Assembly: GCA_038065475.1 (NCBI GenBank)
Contig: JBBTQY010000008.1
Location: forward strand, 6,562-70,561
Source: Patescibacteria group bacterium
GTDB taxonomy: Bacteria; Patescibacteriota; Minisyncoccia; Ryanbacterales; GWA2-47-10b
DNA: 64,000 nucleotides
Reading direction: 5' to 3'
Below are positions 18,515 through 26,285 of this stretch, piece by piece; position 1 is the first letter of the stretch; each line of letters opens with the position of its first letter. A program made the position numbers and the translations under genes. The notes beneath the pieces were generated by a model. It worked only from the letters and a program-made list of their open reading frames with translations, was not told where the DNA came from and made no database searches.

Positions 18515-18531
18515 CTAAAAATTTTACCATA

Positions 18532-18585
18532 AAAAGTTCGATTAAGTTCTATTTAGGGTCGCTTGCTGGACGAGTTCAGAACTTT
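18532..18585 (+). repeat. Cassette repeat R9
   Basis: AAAAGTTCGATTAAGTTCTATTTAGGGTCGC...TTCAGAACTTT; left arm GTTCGATT is identical to the tRNA T-loop; arm spacing 31 bp. Confidence 0.8.
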
Positions 18586-18619
18586 GGATTGGGCAAAAAT
18601 TGAGACAAAGCTCAAGTTA

Positions 18620-19201
18620 CTAAATCTTAGCTTTTAGATATGTATCCAGGTCTTTTTGCGAGTAAACGCCGATACCGCGTGTTGCCATAGGCTCATAATC
18701 TGAACCGCTAAAGAGCGTAGTATGAGAAAATGGTTTCTCAAAACTAATACCAGTAAGTCTCGCTAATCTTTCATAATATCCCCCAAGTTCATCAAGTCGT
18801 ACTTCCTGTATAAGCGTATACCTTGTATGTTCTGGAATGTCTATGTAACCAGATTTTTTTAATTCTTCGGCATTGTAAAATTTTTCTAAAAAATAATATG
18901 CATCGAGCAATTCATATTTCCATTGCGTTTGAATAAAATCGTCTCTAATTTGCTCCTTTATTCTTTTCGCCTCTTCCACATGAGAAAGAAAATCAGCTAT
19001 CGCCCTGCCGTTACGACTTGCGATAACGCTTATATGAAATTCTGGTTTTTCCTGGAGACCGCGAGTTGACGCTTCTTGCAAGATTCTTTCGGGAATTTCG
19101 GGCCGTGAAATTGCCAATAAGGCATTACAATTTTCTTCAAGAAAATTTGCCTTTTCAGGAATAAGTATATTCCTCTCTTTGCCATTTTCGGTTCTTTCCA
19201 T
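18620..19201 (-). CDS. 2H phosphoesterase-like protein (cassette 4)
   Basis: Two H-x-S/T motifs: EFHISV and FSHTTL. Confidence 0.65.
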   Translation of the reverse strand: MERTENGKERNILIPEKANFLEENCNALLAISRPEIPERILQEASTRGLQEKPEFHISVIASRNGRAIADFLSHVEEAKRIKEQIRDDFIQTQWKYELLDAYYFLEKFYNAEELKKSGYIDIPEHTRYTLIQEVRLDELGGYYERLARLTGISFEKPFSHTTLFSGSDYEPMATRGIGVYSQKDLDTYLKAKI

Positions 19202-19262
19202 ACCAAAATGCTACCAGATTAGAACTGAGAAGTCTTTGCCCTGATTAAATATTTTTTGATTT

Positions 19263-19310
19263 ATTGAATTAAATTCTCGTTTGAGTCGCGAGTGCGGTGG
19301 TATTATAAGC
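19263..19310 (+). repeat. Cassette repeat R10
   Basis: ATTGAATTAAATTCTCGTTTGAGTCGCGAGTGCGGTGGTATTATAAGC. Confidence 0.85.
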
Positions 19311-19355
19311 TTTTTAGGGATGGAAAATCTGCCTCATTTTTATTAAACTCCAAAT

Positions 19356-19796
19356 ATGCAAATAATATTCATCCGATACGGAGAATGGGAAAACGCCCAT
19401 ATAAATGAGCGGGGCAAGAAAACTATGCTTTCGGTCGCTCATAAATTAGAAAAATTTATACATAAACCTAATGCCAGTATCATAGTCGCGGATATTCCCC
19501 GTGCCATAGAAAGCGCGGCTATTCTATCTAAAGAATTACAACTACCTGAAGCAAAGCGAACATCAGAGCTGTTTGCTGAAGAAGAAAGTGGGAATCTGCC
19601 AAATATAGAAAAGGCCGCCTCGGTTGTACTTTCGGCGAGCGAACACAAAAACATCCTCATTGTTATCGCATCAAGAGAGTATCTGGAGCTACTCCCAAAT
19701 TATATTCTCGAGAAAAGAAATTCGGAAAAAGCTTCTGTTCAGCGCGGAGAAATACTTATTGTAGATATTGAAACTAATACTTTAAAAACGCTCTAG
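19356..19796 (+). CDS. SixA/histidine-phosphatase-fold protein with degenerate active site (cassette 3)
   Basis: IIFIRYGE (RHG motif with H replaced by Y), INERG, PRAIESA. Confidence 0.7.
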   Translation: MQIIFIRYGEWENAHINERGKKTMLSVAHKLEKFIHKPNASIIVADIPRAIESAAILSKELQLPEAKRTSELFAEEESGNLPNIEKAASVVLSASEHKNILIVIASREYLELLPNYILEKRNSEKASVQRGEILIVDIETNTLKTL

Positions 19797-19797
19797 A

Positions 19798-19829
19798 TAC
19801 TTGGGTCGCGAGTGCGATGGTATTATAAC
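19798..19829 (+). repeat. Cassette repeat R11 (left arm lost)
   Basis: TACTTGGGTCGCGAGTGCGATGGTATTATAAC. Confidence 0.85.
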
Positions 19830-19833
19830 CCTC

Positions 19834-20268
19834 TTAGCTCAAATCGACCCAGAATGCCGTGTAATCGTTCCCTTTATGTAAGCCGAGATTCGTGTACCTC
19901 TCCTCTAAAGTCTTGTCATTAACTGGCGAATATACCAGAACTTGCGTATGACCCATTTCTTTTAGAGTATTCTCCGCCATCTTAAATAACTTCTTAGAAA
20001 TCTCGTCCTCATATTCTTTTTGTACAGCAAATCTAAGAAGCCATGCGGAACGACCATCCTCAAAAAGAGTAACGGTACCAACAATATCACCCTCTAATTC
20101 AGCAACTAATATTTTACTAGGATTTGTTGATGATAGCCTCCTTAATCTCTTTTCGCTGTCTCTTGCACCATCATACTGCCCGCCATATGTACTAGAGTTT
20201 TTATATAAAGCAAGCACCCCAGAATAGTCAGTGTCAGAATTATAATTCCTAATAGAAATTTCGTTCAT
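19834..20268 (-). CDS. GNAT-family acetyltransferase (cassette 2)
   Basis: ILVAELEGDIVGTV, WLLRFAVQKEY, YTNLG. Confidence 0.85.
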   Translation of the reverse strand: MNEISIRNYNSDTDYSGVLALYKNSSTYGGQYDGARDSEKRLRRLSSTNPSKILVAELEGDIVGTVTLFEDGRSAWLLRFAVQKEYEDEISKKLFKMAENTLKEMGHTQVLVYSPVNDKTLEERYTNLGLHKGNDYTAFWVDLS

Positions 20269-20286
20269 TATGCTTTTTATCGTATC

Positions 20287-20347
20287 AGAAAATTATATTT
20301 AGACCTATTTGGGTCACGAGTGCGGCGGTATTATAACTATTCTTGCT
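20287..20347 (+). repeat. Cassette repeat R12
   Basis: AGAAAATTATATTTAGACCTATTTGGGTCACGAGTGCGGCGGTATTATAACTATTCTTGCT; right flank identical to R6. Confidence 0.9.
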
Positions 20348-20379
20348 ACCTCCTCACTAATATCCTAAGAGAAAATGTA

Positions 20380-20838
20380 TTAGAGTTGTGATTTTACTTT
20401 TGCTGAATAAATATTCTTCTCATCCTGAGATGGCCAATACGTATCATCGTGGCTCAAATATAAGCAATCCCCTTTATATCTAGGGTAGATATGAAGATGA
20501 TAATGCCAAACATCCTGATTACCAGCTGGCTCGTTATGCTGACGAGTAGAAACTCCATCGCACCCATAAGCTTTCTTTAAAGCAATGACAATTCTTTTTG
20601 ATGCATCCATTATCGCGTGGCCATACTCTTCTTCCATATCGTAAATGTTTTCAATGTGTTTATTTGGTATAACTATGACATGACCTCTGTTTGATCTCCA
20701 CCATTTACCAGCGATAAAACAAGTTACAAGATCATTACGATAAACAACATCCGCCTCGCAACTTCCCTTGGTAGTAGCCTCTCCTCTGGAGACCTGGCAC
20801 ATTGGGCACACATATCCTTTCGGCTCATGATTATACAT
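20380..20838 (-). CDS. HIT-family hydrolase (cassette 1, tRNA-proximal)
   Basis: CPMC, GHVIVIPNKH, GNQDVWHYHLHIYPR. Confidence 0.93.
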   Translation of the reverse strand: MYNHEPKGYVCPMCQVSRGEATTKGSCEADVVYRNDLVTCFIAGKWWRSNRGHVIVIPNKHIENIYDMEEEYGHAIMDASKRIVIALKKAYGCDGVSTRQHNEPAGNQDVWHYHLHIYPRYKGDCLYLSHDDTYWPSQDEKNIYSAKVKSQL

Positions 20839-20854
20839 ACCAAAAGCCTATCAT

Positions 20855-20900
20855 AAAAGTTATATTCGACTCTATTTTGGGTGGCTAGAGGGAATCGAAC
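20855..20900 (+). repeat. R13: hybrid site (repeat left half fused to tRNA-His 3' end), attL-like
   Basis: AAAAGTTATATTCGACTCTATTTTGGGT then tRNA sequence GGCTAGAGGGAATCGAAC. Confidence 0.85.
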
Positions 20901-20952
20901 CCTCATCTCCGCTTCCACAGAGCGGCGCTCTAACCGCTGAGCTATAGCCACC
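20880..20952 (-). tRNA. tRNA-His(GTG)
   Basis: G-1:C73, GTGGCTA/TAGCCAC acceptor, CCGCT-CTGTGGA-AGCGG anticodon arm, GGTTCGATTCC. Confidence 0.96.
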
Positions 20953-21007
20953 ATGATACTGACAACTCTAGCATACCAAAGTTGTCTTTTTCAAAATACA
21001 CGCGCCG

Positions 21008-21107
21008 CACAGAGCCGGCGCTCGTCGCGCCCCACGCGCGACCCGGGGCTTCACCCGTCGAAAGCTATATAAACGCTTTCGACCCACTGAGCTATAGCCA
21101 CCATGAT
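21008..21107 (-). pseudogene. Partial tRNA-His duplicate with 60-nt multi-hairpin insertion in the D-loop
   Basis: Minus strand ATCATGGTGGCTATAGCTCAGTGG-[21083..21024]-GAGCGCCGGCTCTGTG, truncated after the anticodon. Confidence 0.8.
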
Positions 21108-21113
21108 TACTTG

Positions 21114-21197
21114 TGCGTAGGGGGGGACTCGAACCCCCAATCTCTTGCGAGAACAAGGCCCTCAACCTTGCGCGTATACCAGTTCCGCCACCTACGC
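21114..21197 (-). tRNA. tRNA-Leu(GAG)
   Basis: GCGTAGG/CCTACGC acceptor, CAAGG-TTGAGGG-CCTTG, long variable arm. Confidence 0.95.
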
Positions 21198-21201
21198 GAT
21201 A

Positions 21202-21861
21202 TTACAGTGCAACACCGATTATATCTAAAGCTTTCTCAATTTTCAACCGCTTTCTCTTGAGACATACAACTTTCGTAGTGGGGTACAATTTTCTTAAAAG
21301 TATTATGGAATCTTTTTTTGCGTATTTTAGTTGATGTGTCCCCTTGCCACCCCTATTCATATGGCCTTTTATTTTGAGTCTCATCTCAACTTCGTACCGA
21401 ATCCAATCAAGATGTGCTTTGCTCGCAGATATAAAAATTGTATAAAACATGAAACTTGAGCGCCAACGCGGATCATAGTACGAATAAAACGATCCATCGC
21501 CGTCAAAACAACCACGCAGGAAGTCAAAGAAAAATCTTGGCGGAATATCAAGCGAGGAAAGAATATGCGATTTTGCAGGCATGAGACCGATACCTAGTAA
21601 AAATTTATAAAAAAGTACATCTCCAAACTGAATTCTTGTATAAATTTTTTTTAAACCATACCCGGAGCGCTTTCTGCCAATTTTATTTTTGAGTCCCAGA
21701 CACTTCAAAAATGTCCGTAACTGTTCGATGTCCTTTGAAGTAAGATCGATATGACGTCCATCATTTGATAAACATCCATCAGTCACTAACAACCCGATAG
21801 CATAGGCAAACTCAGGCGACCATCGTATCGCCACCTTCCCTTCTGGTTTTCTACCAACCAT
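21202..21861 (-). CDS. Free-standing double-motif LAGLIDADG endonuclease-like protein
   Basis: AYAIGLLVTDGCL and FDFLRGCFDGDGSF helices; ATG 21861 after TATGAT (track ORF starts at 21897). Confidence 0.85.
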   Translation of the reverse strand: MVGRKPEGKVAIRWSPEFAYAIGLLVTDGCLSNDGRHIDLTSKDIEQLRTFLKCLGLKNKIGRKRSGYGLKKIYTRIQFGDVLFYKFLLGIGLMPAKSHILSSLDIPPRFFFDFLRGCFDGDGSFYSYYDPRWRSSFMFYTIFISASKAHLDWIRYEVEMRLKIKGHMNRGGKGTHQLKYAKKDSIILLRKLYPTTKVVCLKRKRLKIEKALDIIGVAL

Positions 21862-21921
21862 AACAATATCATACCTCAAGCTTGTAGCGTATGCCAAAAC
21901 TTATAAACAAAAAGGAGGATA

Positions 21922-22290
21922 TTACTCCTCCTTTGTGGCCTCTGTCTTTTTCTCTTCTTTTGGCATTTCGAATCGCACTTGGCGCATCTTCTTGCGCGTA
22001 TCGCGCGCTGCCTTGTCACGGATATAGTAAAGCTTGGCACGGCGTACGCGAGTCGCGCGGCGTACGATCTCTACTTTTTCAATGTTTGGAGAATGCACAG
22101 GAAAAATACGCTCAACACCCACACCGGCGGATACTTTGCGTACGGTAAAAGTACCCTCAACACCTTTGCCGTGCTTTTGGGCGATGATAAGACCCTCGAA
22201 TGTCTGAAGACGAGACTTGTCACCTTCTTTGATCTTCTGTACCACGCGAATGGTATCGCCTGGCTTCATGTCTACCTGTGCTGGCTTCAT
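21922..22290 (-). CDS. rplS: 50S ribosomal protein L19
   Basis: [38 protein letters not shown]. Confidence 0.97.
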   Translation of the reverse strand: MKPAQVDMKPGDTIRVVQKIKEGDKSRLQTFEGLIIAQKHGKGVEGTFTVRKVSAGVGVERIFPVHSPNIEKVEIVRRATRVRRAKLYYIRDKAARDTRKKMRQVRFEMPKEEKKTEATKEE

Positions 22291-22309
22291 AGAATCCCTT
22301 TATATCACA

Positions 22310-23011
22310 CTATTTTATAGCGCGCAACACTCTGAGTGCATCCGCAAGATCTTTGGGTAGAGGCGAGACGAGCTCAAGCTTTTTACCTGATGGGGCATCG
22401 AATATGAGTGAATAAGCATGCAAAAATTGACGCCCAAGACCTGTAGGACATATATAGCGCTTGCCACCATAGAGCTTGTCGCATGCTACTGGATACCCAA
22501 TATGCGCAAGATGCGAGCGGATCTGATGAGTGCGGCCCGTCTTGGGTGATGCCTCTACCAATGTATAGTCAGGCAAGCGTTCAAGCACATGATAGTGTGT
22601 GATAGCTTCGCGTGACCTCCCCTGCCCGCCACCCACCACACGCTTTTGAAAATTTTTGGTCGAGCGCGCTATCGGCTCGTTGACAATACCGCTCTCGTCT
22701 TTCATCTCGCCTATCACGAGTGTCTGATATTTTTTTTCAATACCGCCTGACTGAAAAAGTTTTTTGATATACAAAAATGCGTCTTGATTTTTAGCGACGA
22801 GCAACACACCCGATGTATCTTTATCAAGCCGATGCACAATACCCGGACGATCGGGGCTCTCTCCCACTCCTTTTACTTCAGGTCGGTTCTCTAATAGCCA
22901 ATCGACAACCGTACCACTCGTATGCGTTGCATCATGATGCACAACAATGCCCGCGGGTTTGTCGAGCGCCAGCACATCATCGTCTTCATATATAACCTTT
23001 GGCTCCTCCAT
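22310..23011 (-). CDS. RluA-family pseudouridine synthase
   Basis: KPAG, HRLDKDTSG, TGRTHQIR, QFLHA. Confidence 0.95.
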   Translation of the reverse strand: MEEPKVIYEDDDVLALDKPAGIVVHHDATHTSGTVVDWLLENRPEVKGVGESPDRPGIVHRLDKDTSGVLLVAKNQDAFLYIKKLFQSGGIEKKYQTLVIGEMKDESGIVNEPIARSTKNFQKRVVGGGQGRSREAITHYHVLERLPDYTLVEASPKTGRTHQIRSHLAHIGYPVACDKLYGGKRYICPTGLGRQFLHAYSLIFDAPSGKKLELVSPLPKDLADALRVLRAIK

Positions 23012-23424
23012 TATTGAGCGTTACGGATTTTTTCGGCAATTGTTTTTATATCTTCCGTAGGAGTATTCGCCACCACCGATTGTACCGAGTGACCTCCATC
23101 ACCCGCCCAACGCGGCATGATATGAAAATGCATATGATCAACCTCTTGGCCTGACACACGCCCATGATTCATGCCGAGCGTAAAAGCATCGGGCGAGAGA
23201 GCGCGCTTGACCATGCCTACTACTTTCTGCGTCGCTTCAAAAAAAGGTCCAACTTGCTCGCGCGGCAAATCCAACAAAGTCTCAGCATGAGTTTTTGGAA
23301 TTATCATGGTATGCCCTGGAGACCTGGGGAGGATGTCAAGAAAGGCAAAAACCGTATCATCTTCATACACCTTATCTGCAGGTATTTCTCCTTTGGCAAT
23401 TTTACAAAAAATACATGAATCCAT
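23011..23424 (-). CDS. HIT-family protein (HinT-like)
   Basis: MDSCIFCKIA, GHTMIIPKTH, HMHFH. Confidence 0.93.
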   Translation of the reverse strand: MDSCIFCKIAKGEIPADKVYEDDTVFAFLDILPRSPGHTMIIPKTHAETLLDLPREQVGPFFEATQKVVGMVKRALSPDAFTLGMNHGRVSGQEVDHMHFHIMPRWAGDGGHSVQSVVANTPTEDIKTIAEKIRNAQ

Positions 23425-23428
23425 ATAT

Positions 23429-25882
23429 CTATAATGCAGCAATATCTTCGCTTGTAAACCGAAACGTATCGCCGCGCTTGAGTGTACCCTCCAAAATCTT
23501 TTTGGCAATCACCTGCTCGACGCGGTCAGCGATCGCTCTGCGCATAGGGCGCGCGCCGAACGTTGGATCATAACCAATTTCTACTACACGCGCAGCGAGT
23601 TCAGGCGTGGGCTCAAAAATAATTTCTTGCTTTTGAAGTCTTTTGGTTAAATCTTGCAAGAGCAACATCGCCACTTGAGTAAGCTCGGCCTTATCGAGCG
23701 GCCGATAGACGATAGCTGCATCAAAACGGTTAAGAAGCTCGGGGGCAAAGATACGCTCGCGGCGAATCGCATCAATCACGCGACGCTCAATGTCAGCAAC
23801 CTCCCTACCTTCTTTGAGCAGATCCCAAATGATATTGGCGCCGGCGTTGGAAGTGACGATAATCATCGTCTCACGCGCAGAAACCTTTTTACCCGCGCCA
23901 TCGGAAAAAATGCCTTCATCGAGAATCTGCAAAAAGAGATTGTGCACCTCACGCGACGCTTTTTCAAACTCATCAAAGAGCAAAAGGGAAAATGGTTTCT
24001 CGCGCAAACGCGATACGAGAATACCAGGATCATGCGAATCACGCGAACCGATCAATTTTTCAATACCGTCCGCGCCCTGATATTCAGACATATCAAATCG
24101 AAACATTGAGTCTTCTCCGCCAAAGTATGTTGCGGCGAGTGCTTTTGCGGTTTCGGTCTTACCCACGCCTGTGGGTCCCAAAAAAAGAAACGAACCGACG
24201 GGGCGTGTACCCGCACGCAGCCCCGAGCGCGCCCTGCGCAACGCGTCCGCTACCGCATGCATCGCGCGGCTCTGGCCGATAACACGTGCCTCCAAAAATT
24301 CTTCTAGGTGCAAAAGCTTTGAGCGCTCTTCAGGCTCGGCAGCAGTTGTAGGTATATGCGTCTTTTTCTCGACAACCGCATCAATATCGGCAGGCATGAT
24401 GACGATACGATCTGCAGAAGTCGCTGATACTGCTTGTTCCAAAAGGTCAATTGCTTTTTCAGGCATAGCGCCTTGCGTGATAAAGCGATCTGCTAAATCA
24501 TAAGCACGCAAAAGCGCAGGGTAGGTAAAAAATCTGTGTGTATGCGACTCGATGGCACCGAGTGCGTCTTCCAGCATGCCGATCACACGCTCGCGCGTAG
24601 GCTCTTCGAGCATTACTTTTTCAAAGAGTTTCATGATCTTGCCATTGGGTTCAAGATCTTGATGAAACAAATCTGTATCAGAGAGCGCTACAATTTGAAT
24701 CGCCGAGCCGGCCATGTATGGCTCAAGTAGCGAAATCGCATCAACACCAAGCTGGGCTGCCGAATCGATAAAACTCGGAAAGTTCTCAATGACTAACAGT
24801 ATGTTGCCCGCGCCCGTCGCCTCATTAAACATTTGTATCATAAGCCCTTCAAACGCACCTTTTGTTTGTGCCGCCGCCACAACTGATGAGCTATCAAAAA
24901 ATACTACGCGCTTATGTTCAAGCGCTGGATGCGCGCGCCCCGTACGAATCCATTCAGTAAGACCTTCGAGTACTGCATGTTTACCTGAGCCCTCTTCACC
25001 CACCAGCAACACATTGGCCTGCGTATTGCGCGCGAGTATTTCTTCGAGCTGTTCTATTTCTTCAAGACGCGCCTCGCGCGCAAAATACGTCGTCGCATAC
25101 GAAAGATCGTGCGAGTACTGGTTGAGCGTCCACGTGTAGCCAAACCCCAAGTCTTTCCCTATGCCGGGTATGCGCGAAAGGCGCATTCTCGACCACCAGC
25201 GCATGCGCGCATATTCTTCCTCAAATGCAGACTCGACCCACCGGGAAGCACCCTCTAGATCTTCACGCTTTATCTCATGAGCAAACAAAAACTCGGCAAA
25301 TGATTTGTCCATATCAACGCCCGCGAGAATGATACGTGTAAATGATAATTCACGTGTATCACCCGCGATTGCTTCGAGAGGAGTTTCCTCGGCACCAGTA
25401 GTAGGATACGCTTGCAGCCATGCACTATAGTCACCGCGCGAAATACCGAGGCGAAAAAGAAGTAAATGAAATGCATCCGTATCTGCAACCGCCTGCCACC
25501 ACTCACGAAACGCGAGGCGATCATTGGGTTGGCGATACATAAGTGCCCAGATGCGCAGCGCCTCAGGCGTCACAACCACCTTACCTGAACCGACGACGAC
25601 GGTTTGGCGCACAAGCGCACTGCGATAATAAAATTCGATAAACCCAAAAAAGAAAAAGAGCGCGAGCGCCATAAGCCCTACTCCACCAGCAACATCAGCG
25701 TGCAACGCATTAAATCTTGCAACAAGCTCAAGATTTCCTTGTGCGGCCTTCGTCAATATTGCTACCGCGATAAAAAAACTAAGGCCGACGATGCCAGCAA
25801 ACAAAAATATTTTGATAATCATGCCGCGCGCGCCCGCAGACAATGACTGCTCGATACGTAAAATATGTAAACGCGGAATCAT
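23429..25882 (-). CDS. ClpA/B-like AAA+ ATPase with N-terminal transmembrane segments
   Basis: Two TMs; degenerate AAA1 (GEEGSGKH, LVIENFP); intact AAA2 (GPTGVGKTE, LLFDEFEKA, GARPMRR). Confidence 0.88.
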   Translation of the reverse strand: MIPRLHILRIEQSLSAGARGMIIKIFLFAGIVGLSFFIAVAILTKAAQGNLELVARFNALHADVAGGVGLMALALFFFFGFIEFYYRSALVRQTVVVGSGKVVVTPEALRIWALMYRQPNDRLAFREWWQAVADTDAFHLLLFRLGISRGDYSAWLQAYPTTGAEETPLEAIAGDTRELSFTRIILAGVDMDKSFAEFLFAHEIKREDLEGASRWVESAFEEEYARMRWWSRMRLSRIPGIGKDLGFGYTWTLNQYSHDLSYATTYFAREARLEEIEQLEEILARNTQANVLLVGEEGSGKHAVLEGLTEWIRTGRAHPALEHKRVVFFDSSSVVAAAQTKGAFEGLMIQMFNEATGAGNILLVIENFPSFIDSAAQLGVDAISLLEPYMAGSAIQIVALSDTDLFHQDLEPNGKIMKLFEKVMLEEPTRERVIGMLEDALGAIESHTHRFFTYPALLRAYDLADRFITQGAMPEKAIDLLEQAVSATSADRIVIMPADIDAVVEKKTHIPTTAAEPEERSKLLHLEEFLEARVIGQSRAMHAVADALRRARSGLRAGTRPVGSFLFLGPTGVGKTETAKALAATYFGGEDSMFRFDMSEYQGADGIEKLIGSRDSHDPGILVSRLREKPFSLLLFDEFEKASREVHNLFLQILDEGIFSDGAGKKVSARETMIIVTSNAGANIIWDLLKEGREVADIERRVIDAIRRERIFAPELLNRFDAAIVYRPLDKAELTQVAMLLLQDLTKRLQKQEIIFEPTPELAARVVEIGYDPTFGARPMRRAIADRVEQVIAKKILEGTLKRGDTFRFTSEDIAAL

Positions 25883-25883
25883 A

Positions 25884-26273
25884 TTAGAAGATAATCATCC
25901 ACAACCCACCGATAAAAAGTGCGGGGATCATCACAGGGCTCAAGAGCGCTGCTGAAAGTACAAAAAATCCCAGTACAAACGCAATCACCTGCACGCCAAG
26001 CCCCGCGATAATAAAAATCAACCGCACAAAAGCCCCCACAATGCGCATCAAGATATTGATAACAAACACTTCAAATATATCTTCTGGATCAAAACCTTGT
26101 TTTTTGCGCTCGCGCATACGATGAAATGGCGCAAACAAACTGCGGACAAGTTCGGGCACTGAAAAAAAATGCAACAAAAACCATTGGATATTCATCCACG
26201 CCTCAAACATCAGTATGAGACCTGCCTCGTACTGCCACCAAAGATATTCCCCCACTGCGAGGGCACTAGTCAT
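25884..26273 (-). CDS. Conserved membrane protein upstream of the Clp gene
   Basis: 129 aa hydrophobic, FSVPELVRSLFAPF. Confidence 0.7.
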   Translation of the reverse strand: MTSALAVGEYLWWQYEAGLILMFEAWMNIQWFLLHFFSVPELVRSLFAPFHRMRERKKQGFDPEDIFEVFVINILMRIVGAFVRLIFIIAGLGVQVIAFVLGFFVLSAALLSPVMIPALFIGGLWMIIF

Positions 26274-26285
26274 GTGTTTAGTATA

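Larger units (their letters stand above)
12801..20882. mobile_element. tRNA-His-anchored gene-cassette array (~13 cassettes separated by att-like repeats)
   Basis: 12 internal copies of a repeat with consensus AAAGTTATATTAGATTCTATTTGGGTCGCGAGTGCGGTGGTATTATAAC, one left half fused to tRNA-His, a degenerate distal right half, visibly AT-richer cargo. Confidence 0.85.

Noticed and set aside
14990-18585. Apparent co-variation of outer flanks within single repeats (AAAGGT/ACCTTT, AGAAG/CTTCT, AAAGTTC/GAACTTT) suggesting ssDNA hairpin sites
   Set aside because: Matches are short and A/T-rich, and conflict with the clearer cross-cassette linkage of half-sites; kept only as an alternative.
13494-20882. 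Repeat array as a CRISPR array
   Set aside because: Intervals are 0.3-0.95 kb and contain whole genes, repeats are degenerate and variable in length, and no cas genes are in the window.
13494-20882. Repeats as canonical integron attC sites
   Set aside because: Arms run GTT...AAC rather than RYYYAAC...GTTRRRY, internal pairing is poor, genes occur in both orientations, and the half-site pattern places the crossover at the centre.
20724-21334. Short ORFs overlapping tRNA-His/Leu (also 5282-5503, 27272-27541, 32167-32682, 33214-33495)
   Set aside because: Shadow frames across tRNA genes.
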